A stretch of 64,000 bases of DNA from an uncultured delta proteobacterium (GCA_963832165.1 CAWHTE010000003.1:544001-608000), one strand, 5' to 3'; numbered from the stretch's first letter, positions 10,379 through 20,647 are shown. Notes: generated from the letters alone by a model not told the origin. A program made the numbers and translations.

Positions 10379-10816
10379 CTAGCATCCGCAACCGGGCCGG
10401 CCCGCGCAGGCGAGACCCGACGGCCCCGGAATCGGGCCGCCGAGCACGCCGCGGAACTTCGGGACGAAGTAGTCGCCGAAGTCGGTCGAGTCGACCGTGC
10501 CGCTGCAGTCCATGTCCGTTCCCTGGCGGCTCGGAACCCCGGTCTTGAACGACGTGACGAAGTAGCGGCTGAAGTCCGCCGCACTCACGTCGCCGGACTG
10601 ATCGAAGTCGGCGTCGCAGGCGTTGCCGTAGCCGTCGCAGTCGCTGTCGTAGTCGCGGTTCGCGACCGCGTTGCGCGAGTCCGCGCTGCACTTGTCGCGC
10701 ACGTCCGGGATTCCATCCCCATCCGCGTCGGGCCCGGCCGCGCTCGCGGAGTAGGGCCCGAACCAGAAGCACGAGACGGCGGCGGCGATCGCGACTCCAG
10801 CTCCGAAGCGCGTCAC
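10379..10816 (-). CDS. Small secreted Cys-rich protein with TSP3-like and dockerin/EF-hand-like Ca-binding motifs
   Basis: Signal peptide, DADGDGIPDVRDKC, DSDCDGYGNACD, paired DFDQSGDVSAADF / DMDCSGTVDSTDF. Confidence 0.7.
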   Translation of the reverse strand: MTRFGAGVAIAAAVSCFWFGPYSASAAGPDADGDGIPDVRDKCSADSRNAVANRDYDSDCDGYGNACDADFDQSGDVSAADFSRYFVTSFKTGVPSRQGTDMDCSGTVDSTDFGDYFVPKFRGVLGGPIPGPSGLACAGRPGCGC

Positions 10817-10819
10817 TCG

Positions 10820-11497
10820 CTAGGCCGATCCCGGTGCGAGCTCCCCGGTCGCGCCGCCGCACGCGATCAGCTGCCGGCGCAGGTTCTCTGCGCGCGTGCG
10901 GCGCCGCGCGCGCAGCGCATCGCTGTCGCACAGCCGGTCGAGCACGGCGCAGCCCCATTCGATGTGGCGGCGCGTCTTGCGGGAGATCTCGTCGAGGATC
11001 TCGATCGTGGGCGCATCCGAGATCTGGTCGGTCTCGCGCATGTGGATCTCGTAGAGCTCGAGGAGGTGCGGCTTGAGCACGTCGAAGAGGCCGACGAGCT
11101 TCTCGATCGTCTGGTCGGGCTGCTCGGGTGCCGCGATCTCCTGCACGAACGCTACGAACCCCGAATTGCCGGCCTCGGACTGCGTGAGCGATTTGCGCCC
11201 GCAGCGCAGCTCGGGCAGCCGCTTGCCGAACTCGTCGGCCGCGCGCGCGGTCTCCCAGATCACCTTGCCGAGCCCGGTCTTCACGGGCAGCTCGGGAATC
11301 GTGGCGACCCAGCCGCCCATGATCATCATCATCCACTCCTCCGCATAGCGGAAGTTGCGGACGCGGCGCGCGGTGGCCTCGACGTCGTAGCGGCCGTGCA
11401 GCTCGCGCAGGTCGGCCGGGATGTCGAACGCGGAGTAGGGCGCGAACGAGGTGCGCTCCTCCTGGCTCGTGCCGGGATACATCCGGGGTTCACTCAC
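10820..11497 (-). CDS. Hypothetical all-helical protein, probable degenerate ferritin-like domain
   Basis: GTG start overlaps the upstream gene end. Helical pattern with WETARAAD and KTRRH at positions where ExxH would be expected. Confidence 0.6.
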   Translation of the reverse strand: MSEPRMYPGTSQEERTSFAPYSAFDIPADLRELHGRYDVEATARRVRNFRYAEEWMMMIMGGWVATIPELPVKTGLGKVIWETARAADEFGKRLPELRCGRKSLTQSEAGNSGFVAFVQEIAAPEQPDQTIEKLVGLFDVLKPHLLELYEIHMRETDQISDAPTIEILDEISRKTRRHIEWGCAVLDRLCDSDALRARRRTRAENLRRQLIACGGATGELAPGSA

Positions 11498-12434
11498 GGG
11501 CGTTTCCCTTCGCGAGGTGGCGCTCGCGCACGATCTTCGCCGCCGCGCGCATCGTGTCGCGCGTCGGACCGCTGCCCGAGAGCGTCTTGAGATCCTCGAG
11601 CTCGTCCTCGGTGAAGCCCGCCTCGCGGCGAACCTCCATCGCGATCGGGATCGCCGCGTCCTCGCGCTCGCTGCGCGCTCCGCCGAAGCTGAACTGCTTG
11701 TCGACCTGACGGCGGAACTCTTGGGCGCGCTCGTACCGCTCCGGATCTTCGCGCGTGAACTCGCGCACCCAGTCGCTGCCGAAGCGCACATGGGTGAGCT
11801 CGTCGGCGAGCACGTAGTCGATCGCCTGGCGCATCGTCTCGTCGCCGGTCGCCTCGGCGTACCGGATCATGTCGCGGAACACGTCGCACGCGAGCCCTTC
11901 GAGCCCGCGGTTCACGCCTGCGACGCGCAGCGCGGGATCGTCCGAGCACGCGCACTCGAACAGGAACGTGCTTTCGGGGAACATGCCCGGCGCGCCGCCG
12001 ACGTAGGCGAGCAGCTTCTCGTAGATCTGCACGTGGCGCGCCTCGTCCCAGCACTGGCGCGCCATGTTCATCTTGAACTCCCACGGCGCGTCCGGGAAAT
12101 CCCAGAGCGAGCGGCCCGCGCCCTCGAGCGCCTGGAGCTCGCCCACGAAGATCCCATGCATGCGCAGCTGGAGGCGCGTCTGCACCGCGGGGTCGTCGGG
12201 CGTCAGCGGCTCGTTCAGCGTGACGAGTCCGAACGCAGGCCCGTACTGCTCGAAGAGCGGCTCGGCGGCGGTGCCGCGCGCGGACGCCTCGATCATTGGC
12301 GCGAGCTTCTCGAACACGTTCGCGACGGCGTCCACGTCATCGGGCAGCGTCGAGAGCACGGTCGCGGCGACGTTGTCCTGGCGCACGAAGCGACTGTCGC
12401 GCGCGAGCTCCGAGTGATGGATGAAGCGCTTCAT
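11490..12434 (-). CDS. Ferritin-like di-iron protein (DUF455 type)
   Basis: GGAGG RBS. Ligand set GELQALE, QCWDEARH, GLEGLACD and ADELTHVRFG. Confidence 0.82.
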   Translation of the reverse strand: MKRFIHHSELARDSRFVRQDNVAATVLSTLPDDVDAVANVFEKLAPMIEASARGTAAEPLFEQYGPAFGLVTLNEPLTPDDPAVQTRLQLRMHGIFVGELQALEGAGRSLWDFPDAPWEFKMNMARQCWDEARHVQIYEKLLAYVGGAPGMFPESTFLFECACSDDPALRVAGVNRGLEGLACDVFRDMIRYAEATGDETMRQAIDYVLADELTHVRFGSDWVREFTREDPERYERAQEFRRQVDKQFSFGGARSEREDAAIPIAMEVRREAGFTEDELEDLKTLSGSGPTRDTMRAAAKIVRERHLAKGNARE

Positions 12435-12491
12435 GGGCACCTCCCAGGCATGCGGGCGTACCCCCAGGATAGTAGGCCGACCGACCCGTTG

Positions 12492-12944
12492 TCAGCGCCG
12501 CGGTGTGAAGTCGAGATCCGGCGGCGGGAAATCGGGCAGCTTCCACTTGATGAACGGCTTGTCCTTCTGGTCGTGCCACGCGTTCGCGGACACGATCGCG
12601 TCGTGAAATGCCTTCTCGAACGCGGGGAAGTCGCGCGCCTTGAGCGGCGCCTCGAGCTTCGACCAGTCCTTCTCCATGTACTCGTTCAGCGCGTCTTCGT
12701 GCTTCGGGCGCACGAAGCCGGCGAGCTCGAACAGCCCCTTGGTCTCCTTCCACTGCCATATCGCGTTCTCCCAGTTGCCCGCCTTCGCGGCGTAGAAGAG
12801 CTTCCAGGTGCGCGCCCCGACCTCGGGCATGATCCGTGCGAGCCCCGGCTGGATGATCGAGAGCTCGTCGATCGTGAGGTCCTTCTGCTTGCCGTTCGAG
12901 AACGTCATGCTCGCGACGATCTCTTTGACTCGTGTCTCGTCCAT
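12492..12944 (-). CDS. Conserved-looking hypothetical four-helix-bundle protein (cytochrome c'/b562-like pattern without CxxCH)
   Basis: AGGAGG RBS. QPGLARIMPEVG, KLFYAAKAGNW and SANAWH motifs. Confidence 0.65.
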   Translation of the reverse strand: MDETRVKEIVASMTFSNGKQKDLTIDELSIIQPGLARIMPEVGARTWKLFYAAKAGNWENAIWQWKETKGLFELAGFVRPKHEDALNEYMEKDWSKLEAPLKARDFPAFEKAFHDAIVSANAWHDQKDKPFIKWKLPDFPPPDLDFTPRR

Positions 12945-13013
12945 TTGCGCCTCCTGTCCCGCACTCGCCGCGGGGTCGCGTATCGTATAGTGGGGACCCG
13001 AGGAGGGCCAGCG

Positions 13014-13478
13014 ATGCCGAAGCGCCGCAATCAGATCTCGATGACCGACGAGGATGTCTGGAAGTTCATCGAAGAGCGCAAGAGCCTCCAGGTGGCGACG
13101 ATCGGCGCCGACGGCGCGCCGCACCTGACCACGCTCTGGTTCGTGATCGTCGATGGCGAGATCGCGTTCGAGACGTTCACAAAGTCGCAGAAGATCGTGA
13201 ACCTGAAGCGCGACCCGCGCATCGCGGTGCTCGTCGAGGACGGCATCACGTACAACGAGCTGCGCGGTGTAGCGATCAATGGCCGCGCCGTGCTGCACGA
13301 GGATCCCGCGGTCGTGATCCCATACGCGCAGGCGATGGTCCGCCGCAATCAGCCCGAGGTCCCCGAAGAGCACGTCGAGGCGGCCGCCCAGATGATGGCG
13401 AGGAAGCGCACCGTGGTGGTGGTCAAGCCCGAGAAGATCGTCTCGTGGGACCACCGCAAGCTCGGCGGCTCCTACTAG
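13014..13478 (+). CDS. Pyridoxamine 5'-phosphate oxidase-like (PPOX-class, possibly F420-dependent) protein
   Basis: GAGGAGG RBS. ATIGADGAPHL, KSQKIVNLKRDPR and SWDHRKL. Confidence 0.88.
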   Translation: MPKRRNQISMTDEDVWKFIEERKSLQVATIGADGAPHLTTLWFVIVDGEIAFETFTKSQKIVNLKRDPRIAVLVEDGITYNELRGVAINGRAVLHEDPAVVIPYAQAMVRRNQPEVPEEHVEAAAQMMARKRTVVVVKPEKIVSWDHRKLGGSY

Positions 13479-13479
13479 C

Positions 13480-14880
13480 GTGGCCCTCGCCGCTAAGGCG
13501 CCGTTGTCGCGAGAAGCGCTGCTTGCGGATCCGGAGTGGGGCGCCACGTTCCGCGAGATCGAGCAGATCGCGGGCGGGCGCATCTGTGCAGTGGAGCGCC
13601 AGGCGCGCTGGCGACCCGCGTGGTTCTGTGAGCTCGATCGCGACGGCGAACGCTTCTCGGTGTACTACCGCGGCGACCGCGGCGTCCAGGACGACGGCGT
13701 CGAGACGTTGCGCCGCGAGATGGAGGTGCTGCGCACGCTCGAGGCGAACGGCATCCCCGTGTCGCACGTGTTCGGCTTCTGCGAGACGAAGCCCGGCATC
13801 GTGATGGAGACTTCGCCCGGGCGCGCGAACCTCGCCACGGCCGAGAGCGAGGACGAGCGCCGCGCGGTGCTCGCCCACTACCTCGACCTGCTCGCCGACA
13901 TCCACCGCCTCGACCCGGGGCTGTTCGAGAAGCTCGGCATGCCGCGGCCTCACACGCCCTCCGAGCGCAGCCTCGCCGACCTGCCGCGCTGGCTCGCGCT
14001 CTATCACCGCAGCAAGAACCAGCCCGAGCCCGTGATCGAGCTCGTGCTCGGCTGGCTGCGCGAGAACGTTCCGTCGCACCGCACCCGCGTGTCGTGCCTG
14101 GTCGGCGACTCGGGCCAGTTCCTGTTCGATCGCGGCCGCGTCACCGCGGTGCTCGACGTGGAGCTGGCCACGATCGGAGACCCGCTCGCCGACATCGGCG
14201 CGCTGCTCTCGCGCGATCTGTCCGAGCCGCTCGGCGATCTCTCGCGCGGGATCGCGCACTACCGCGAGCGCACGGGCGACGACTTCGACGCGCGCGACAT
14301 GCTCTACCAGGCGGTGCGCTTCTGCATCTTCACCCCGATGGCGACGTGCTGGCTGTGCGCGAAGCCGCCGCCGGGGCTGAACCTCGTGCAGTACGAGGCA
14401 TGGAATCTCGTCTATGGGCGCGTTCCGCTCGAGATGATCGCGGAGTACGACGGCATCGAGATCGACGTGCCCGAGCTGCCGGCGCCGCGCGACCACCGAC
14501 ACGCGATCGTGTTGGACCACCTCGTCTCCGAGCTCGCCGCGCCCGGCGGAGCCGACGCCTATCGCTTCGATCTCGCGCGCCGCGTGGCCGAGTACGCGCG
14601 CGAGATCGACCGGCGCGGCGCACGTCTCGAGGAGCAGGACCTCGAGGAGGCCGGGGCGCTGCTCGGACGGCGCCCGCGCGACTGGCGCGAGGCGGACGCC
14701 GAGCTCGAGCGCCGCGCGATCGCGGCGGGGCCCGCCGAGCGGCCCGCGCTGCTGCGCTTCCTGGTCCGGCGCTCGCTGCGAAACGAAGCGCTGCTCGGAC
14801 CGGCAATTCGCGAGCTCGCGGGCGCGCGCGCGCAGCCGATTCTGCTTCCTGCAGGCGTCGCCCGCTCGCGAATTGCTTGA
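13480..14880 (+). CDS. Aminoglycoside-phosphotransferase (APH/choline-kinase-like) family protein
   Basis: REMEVLRTL, GDSGQFL and VLDVELATIGDPLADIG kinase-like motifs. Confidence 0.8.
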   Translation: MALAAKAPLSREALLADPEWGATFREIEQIAGGRICAVERQARWRPAWFCELDRDGERFSVYYRGDRGVQDDGVETLRREMEVLRTLEANGIPVSHVFGFCETKPGIVMETSPGRANLATAESEDERRAVLAHYLDLLADIHRLDPGLFEKLGMPRPHTPSERSLADLPRWLALYHRSKNQPEPVIELVLGWLRENVPSHRTRVSCLVGDSGQFLFDRGRVTAVLDVELATIGDPLADIGALLSRDLSEPLGDLSRGIAHYRERTGDDFDARDMLYQAVRFCIFTPMATCWLCAKPPPGLNLVQYEAWNLVYGRVPLEMIAEYDGIEIDVPELPAPRDHRHAIVLDHLVSELAAPGGADAYRFDLARRVAEYAREIDRRGARLEEQDLEEAGALLGRRPRDWREADAELERRAIAAGPAERPALLRFLVRRSLRNEALLGPAIRELAGARAQPILLPAGVARSRIA

Positions 14881-14902
14881 TCTCGGGCATCGCCGCGGGC
14901 TA

Positions 14903-14933
14903 TAACACGGTTACCCATTCCTTAACGCCGTTA
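14903..14933. promoter_or_regulatory. Two tandem palindromes TAAC-N3-GTTA, probable TetR operator
   Basis: TAACACGGTTA (14903-14913) and TAACGCCGTTA (14923-14933), 20 bp apart, in an AT-rich patch upstream of the tetR gene. Confidence 0.65.
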
Positions 14934-15010
14934 CGATCGGCGGGTCGTAGCGGCAGACATTGACGAGGCTCGTGGGAACGCCCCTCCCACGGAGCCGAAG
15001 CGGAAGCACC

Positions 15011-15622
15011 ATGTCCCACCCGGAACCCTCCCCTGTGCAGCACACCCCTGTCCGCGATCCGCGGCGCGAGATCCTCGGCGCGGCGTCCGCGCTGCTCTAC
15101 GAGGGCGGCGCGGATGGCCTCACGATCCGGCGCCTGGCGCTGCGCTGCGGCTACACGGCGCCCGCGATCTACCACATCTTCGGCGACAAGGCGGGTCTCC
15201 TCGACGCGATCCTGCGCGAGGCGATCGACGAGCTGATCGAGCGGATCGACCAGGTGCCCGAGCATCCCGAGCCGCGCGAGCGGCTGCGCGCGCAGTTCCG
15301 CGAAATCGTGCGCTTCGGCCGCGAGCACCCGACCAACTACCGCCTGATCGAGGCGCTGCGTCCGGAGCAGGTGCCGCCGATCCTCGACGTCGAGGAGACG
15401 ACACGGCGCCTCCGGGAGCCGCTCGTGAGCATGGCGAGCTCGGGCGAGTTTGCGGCCGATCCCATGGTCGTCCATCAGGCGATGTGGGCGTTGATGCACG
15501 GCCTGATCTCGCTGCCCGCGTCGCGTCCTGACGTCGAGTGGCGCGAGGGCTTCGAGGAGGTCGCGTTCGACGCGATGCTCTCTGGACTGCTGGGAGCAGC
15601 CGCGGACGGACGCCAGCGGTGA
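15011..15622 (+). CDS. TetR/AcrR family transcriptional regulator
   Basis: HTH GLTIRRLALRCGYTAPAIYHIFGDKAGL; C-terminal WALMHGL (WHG-type). Confidence 0.9.
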   Translation: MSHPEPSPVQHTPVRDPRREILGAASALLYEGGADGLTIRRLALRCGYTAPAIYHIFGDKAGLLDAILREAIDELIERIDQVPEHPEPRERLRAQFREIVRFGREHPTNYRLIEALRPEQVPPILDVEETTRRLREPLVSMASSGEFAADPMVVHQAMWALMHGLISLPASRPDVEWREGFEEVAFDAMLSGLLGAAADGRQR

Positions 15623-16761
15623 AACCCTGGCTGGGTCTGCTGGCCGTCGGCGCGCTCTGGGCCTGCGGCGGCGAGGACGTGGCCGACGCCAAGGGGACGC
15701 CCGTCACCGCCGAACGTGTGTCCGGGCACAAGATCGTCGAGCAGATCCAGGCCACTGGAGAGCTGCTCGCGGTCGAGGAAGCCAGCGTCGCCGCCGAGGT
15801 GGGCGGGCGCATCACCGCAATGCGCGTATCCGAGGGCGCGCCCGTTTCGGCGGGCGACGTCGTGCTCGAGATCGACCGGGAGCGCCGCGAGCTCGAGCTT
15901 GCGAACGAGCGCGCCATCGTGGCCGGCGCTCGCTCCGAGATTGCACAGGAGCGCCGCGAGGTCGACCGGATCCGCACCCTCCACTCGAGAGAGGCCGCGT
16001 CACAGGCGCAGCTCGACGCCGCGAACACGCGCCTGGCTTCTGCGCAGGCGGTGCTCGCCGCCGCCGAGGCCAAGCTCGGGCTCGCGCGGCTCGCGCTGCG
16101 CAACGCGAGCGTGGCGGCGCCGTTCGACGGACTCGTGGCGCGGCGCTTCGTCTCGGCGGGCGACCACGTGTCCGAAGGCGAGAAGCTGTTCGACCTCGTC
16201 GCGCTCGACCCGATCGAAGTCGAGTTCCATCTCACCGAGCGCGATTCCGCGCGCGTCGCGGTGGGCCACACCGTGGAGGTGCGCGTCACGCCGTATCCGA
16301 ACGAGGTGTTCCACGCGACCGTGCACGTCGTCTCCCCGCGCATCGACGCCGCCACACGCACGCTGCGCGTGAAAGCGCGCGTGGAGAATTCCGAGCGCAA
16401 GCTGCGCCCGGGCCTGTTCGCGCGCACCGACCTCGGCGTCGCGGTGCGCGAGCGCGTGCCGATGATCCCCGAGCAGGCCGTGCTACAGCGCTCGGACGGA
16501 TCGGTGGTGTTCGTCGTGCGCGACGGCAACCGCGCCGAGCGCCGCCAGGTACAGCTCGGTGTGTTCCGCGACGGGCTCGCCGAGGTCGTGGACGGTGTCT
16601 CGGTCGGCGACGAGGTGATCGTGCGCGGCAGCTCGCGGCTGGTCGATGGGTCGGTGATCGACCTGCGCCAGGACGACGGACGCCCGATCGACGTGCTCGG
16701 AGAGGACAACGAGAAGCCGGCCGTCGCGGGGGCGCCGGCACCCGCGCGCTCGATTCCGTGA
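15619..16761 (+). CDS. RND efflux periplasmic adaptor (MFP) lipoprotein
   Basis: GTGA overlap, lipobox LWAC, VAAPFDG, SPRIDAATRT and LRPGLF. Confidence 0.9.
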   Translation: MKPWLGLLAVGALWACGGEDVADAKGTPVTAERVSGHKIVEQIQATGELLAVEEASVAAEVGGRITAMRVSEGAPVSAGDVVLEIDRERRELELANERAIVAGARSEIAQERREVDRIRTLHSREAASQAQLDAANTRLASAQAVLAAAEAKLGLARLALRNASVAAPFDGLVARRFVSAGDHVSEGEKLFDLVALDPIEVEFHLTERDSARVAVGHTVEVRVTPYPNEVFHATVHVVSPRIDAATRTLRVKARVENSERKLRPGLFARTDLGVAVRERVPMIPEQAVLQRSDGSVVFVVRDGNRAERRQVQLGVFRDGLAEVVDGVSVGDEVIVRGSSRLVDGSVIDLRQDDGRPIDVLGEDNEKPAVAGAPAPARSIP

Positions 16762-19700
16762 CGCTCTCCGACCTCTCGATCGAGCGTCCCGTCCTCACCT
16801 GGATGATGACGCTCGCGCTGATCGTGTTCGGCGTGCTCGGTTACGAGCGCCTCGGCATGGATCAGTTCCCGACGATGAACCTGCCCGTGCTCTCGGTGAT
16901 CGCGACGCTCGAGGGCGCGGATCCCGAGGGCATGGAGGAGGACGTCACCGACGTCCTCGAGGAGCAGCTCAACACCGTCGCAGGGGTGCGCTCGGTGCAG
17001 TCGACCACCTTTCCGGGTGCCGCGCAGATCCGCGTCGAGTTCGACCTCGGCACCGATCTCGACGTGGCGATGCAGAAGGTGCGCGACAAGATCGAGGCAG
17101 TTCGGCGCGATCTGCCCGCGGGCATGGATCCGCCCACCGTGAGCGACTTCGATCCCAACGATTCGCCCATCCTCTGGATTCCGTTCCACACCACGCTGTC
17201 AGCGGTCGAGACGAGCGAGTATGTGCGCCGCGAAGTCACACCGGTGTTCGAGACGATCCCGGGCGTCGTCGGCGTCGCGACGTTCGGCCGCAAGGACCGC
17301 ACGATCCGGATCTGGCTGCGCGGCGACGACCTGCGCGCGCGCGGGCTCTCCGCGGGCGACGTCGTCGCGGCGCTGAACCGCGAGCACGTCAGAGGCACCG
17401 GGCGGGCGCGTCGAGGGCGCGCAGGTCGAATACGGCGTGAAGACCGACGCCGAATTCCGGACGCTCGCCGAGCTCGAGCGGCTCGTGGTCAGCTACGCCG
17501 ACGGCGCGCCCGTGTACCTGTCCGACGTCGCGCGCGTCGAAGACGGCGCCGAAGACGTGCGCTCGGTCCACCGCTACAACGGCCAGGAAACCGTCGGCAT
17601 CGGCATCCGCAAGCAGTCCGGCGGAAATGCCGTGTCGATCGTCGACGAGGTGTACCGCCGGCTCGATTCGATCAAGAGCACGCTGCCGGACGGGATTACG
17701 GTGGACGAGAACGCCTCCTTCATCGACTTCTCGGCCGAGATCCGCGAAGCGGTCGAGGAGACCGAGTTCTCGCTCGTTTTTGGCGCGCTGCTCGCGGTGT
17801 TCACCGTGTTCGTGTTCCTGCGCCGCTCGCGGCCGACGCTGATCGTGGCCACCGCGATCCCGATTTCGCTGATCGCCTCGTTCGGTCTGGTCTGGCTGTT
17901 CGGCCACACGCTCAACACGATGACGCTGCTCGGGATGACACTGGCGGTGGGCGTCGTGATCGATGACGCGATCGTCGTGCTCGAGAACATCGAGCGCCAC
18001 CGCGAGAGAGGCGAGGATGCGCTCGGCGCCGCGCGCGCCGGCACGCGCGAGATCGCGTTCGCGGCCACCGCGGCGACCTTCTCGGTGGCGGCCGTCTTCA
18101 TTCCGGTGGTGTTCGTCGAAGGCGTCGTGGGCAGCTTCCTCGGTTCGTTCGGTGTGACCGTGGCGGGCTCGGTGATGATCTCGCTCTTCGTGGCGCTCAC
18201 GCTCACGCCGATGCTCGCGGCGCGCATGAAGCCGCCCGCGCCGCGCGCGCACGGCAGCATCTACCACCGGCTCGAGCAGGCGTTCGGGGCCACCGAGTCG
18301 ACTTACCGGCGCGCGCTCGACTGGACGCTCGCGCACCGCAGGCGCACGGTCGGGATCGCGGTGGCGGCGTTTGCCGTGGCGCTCGGGTTCGGGCATGCGC
18401 TCGAGGGCGAGCTGTTTCCCTCCGCCGACGAGGCGCTGTTCTTCGCGAAGCTCGAGACTGCGCCGGGGACGTCGGTCGAGTCCACGCTCGAGTATCTCGA
18501 GCGCGACGAGGCGTGGTTCCTCGCCCAGCCGGAGGTGGCGGGGATTTTCTCCGCGGTCGGCGACTCGGGCCCCGAGGAGCTCGAGGTGTCGAACCAGGGA
18601 ATGATGTTCGGCACGCTGATCCCGCGCAGCGAGCGCAAGCGCACGGTCCAGGAGCTGCTGCGGGATGCGCGCGCCGAGCTCGGCGGTGTACCCGGCCGCC
18701 AGATCCGCGTGTTCAACCCCGCGGAGATGATGCGCGGCACCTCGCGGGCGGCCCAGATGGAGATCGAGCTACGGGCGAATGTGGCGCTCGAGGAGCTCGC
18801 GCACTGGGCCGACCTGATGATCGACCACCTCGCCGCGCGCGGCGGCTTCGTCGATCTCGACCGCAGCCTCAAGCTCGGTCTGCCCGAGCTGCGCGTGATC
18901 CCGGACCGCGCGAAGGCGGCCGCACTCGGCATCGACGGGCGCACGCTCGCCGAGGCGGTGCAGGTCATGATCGGTGGGCTCGACGTGGGCGTGTTCAAGG
19001 AGGCCGGCCGCCGGTACGACATCCGGATGCGGCTCGAGCCCGGCGACCGCAGCGATCCCGAGGCGATCGAGCGACTCTATGTGCGCGCGCGCGACGGAAA
19101 AGTCGTGGAGCTCCGCAACGTGGTGCGCACGGAGCTCGGCGCGGCGCCCTCGGCGATCACGCGCCACGATCGACAGCGCAGCGTGACGATCAGCGCGAAC
19201 CTCGATGGAATCCGCATGGAGGAGGCATCGAAGGCCGCGCTCGCGATCGGAGCCGAGATCTTGCCGCCGAACGTCCATGTCGCCCTTGCGGGCAACGCGG
19301 AGCAGATGGCCGAGAGCTTCGAGCAGGCGGGGATCGCGATCGGGCTCGGCGTGCTCGTGATCTTCATGGTACTCGCGGCGCAGTTCGAGAGCTGGGTGCA
19401 GCCGCTCACGGTGATGCTCGCGCTGCCGATGGCGATGACGGGCGCGCTAGGCGGCCTGTGGCTGTTCGGCCACTCGTTGAACCTGTTCAGCCTGATCGGG
19501 ATCATCTTGTTGTTCGGACTCGTGACGAAGAATTCGATCCTCCTGGTCGACTACGCGCAGCAGCTGCGCGCCGGCGGCATGGACAAGGTGGAGGCGATTC
19601 GCACCGCGGCGCCGATCCGGATGCGCCCGGTGCTGATGACGGCACTCGCGATGATCTTCGGCGTGCTGCCCGCGGCGATCGGCGTCGGCCCGGGCTCCGA

Positions 19701-19917
19701 GACGCGCGCGCCCATGGCGATCGCCACCGCGGCCGGGATGCTCTCGTCGACCGTGCTCACGCTGCTCGTCGTGCCGGTGTTCTACCTCGCGTTCGACGAC
19801 TTCGCCGTATGGGCGAAGGGCGGCTTCCGGCGCCACCCGGCGCGCGGCGAGACGAAGTCGGGCGTGACCGCCGAGGCGCCGCGCTCCCCCGAGCGCTCCC
19901 AGCCCGCGCAGGTCTGA
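16758..19917 (+). CDS. RND efflux permease (AcrB/AcrD/AcrF family), +1 frameshift near 17390
   Basis: SIERPV start, GVVIDDAIVVLENI, LTLTPML, KNSILLVD and RMRPVLMT across ORFs 16758 and 17437. Confidence 0.92.
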
Positions 19918-19969
19918 GCTTCGGCCCCGACGCGCGCTACGCTGCGGTGGCGTCGCCCGGAGGTACGTC

Positions 19970-20647
19970 ATGGCTCTCACCGTGCTCGGGGGCGGAGTGT
20001 CCCCGTTCGTGCGCAAGGTTCGCGTGGTTCTCGCCGAGAAGGGCCTCGACTATCAACACGAGAACGTGAATCCGTTCTCGCCGCCCGAGGGCTGGCGCAA
20101 CACGAGTCCGCTCGGTCGCATTCCCGCCTTCAAGGACGGCGACAAGGTGATCAACGACTCGTCGGTGATCTGCGCCTACCTCGAGCGGCGCTTCCCGAAG
20201 CCCGCGCTCTACCCGGCCGACGACTACGAGTACGCGCGAGCGCTCTGGTTCGAGGAGTTCGCGGATGGCGGGATGATCGCCACGATGGGCCCGAAGACGT
20301 TCTTCCCCTGCGTCCTCAAGCCGCTGTTCGGCGGCAAGCCCGAGCCCGATCCGGCCGACGTGGCGTCCGCCGAGAAGTGCGTCGCGGAGGAGTGCCCGAA
20401 GTTCTGGGACTATCTCGAGCGCGAGCTCGGCGACAACGAGTACTTCGTGGGCAACCGGCTCACGATCGCCGACATCGCCGTTGCCACCGGGTTCGTGAAC
20501 CTGCGCCACGCGGGCTTCGCGCCCGAACGCAAGCGCTGGCCGAAGCTGCGCGCGTTCCTCGATCGCATGCACGGACGGCCGTCGTTCAAGGCGCTGATCG
20601 AGGAGGAAGCGCCGTTCAGCAAACGCTCGGCGCTCGTAAAAGACTGA
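19970..20647 (+). CDS. Glutathione S-transferase family protein
   Basis: SPFVRKVR, SPLGRIP, DSSVICAYLE and GNRLTIADIA. Confidence 0.92.
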   Translation: MALTVLGGGVSPFVRKVRVVLAEKGLDYQHENVNPFSPPEGWRNTSPLGRIPAFKDGDKVINDSSVICAYLERRFPKPALYPADDYEYARALWFEEFADGGMIATMGPKTFFPCVLKPLFGGKPEPDPADVASAEKCVAEECPKFWDYLERELGDNEYFVGNRLTIADIAVATGFVNLRHAGFAPERKRWPKLRAFLDRMHGRPSFKALIEEEAPFSKRSALVKD

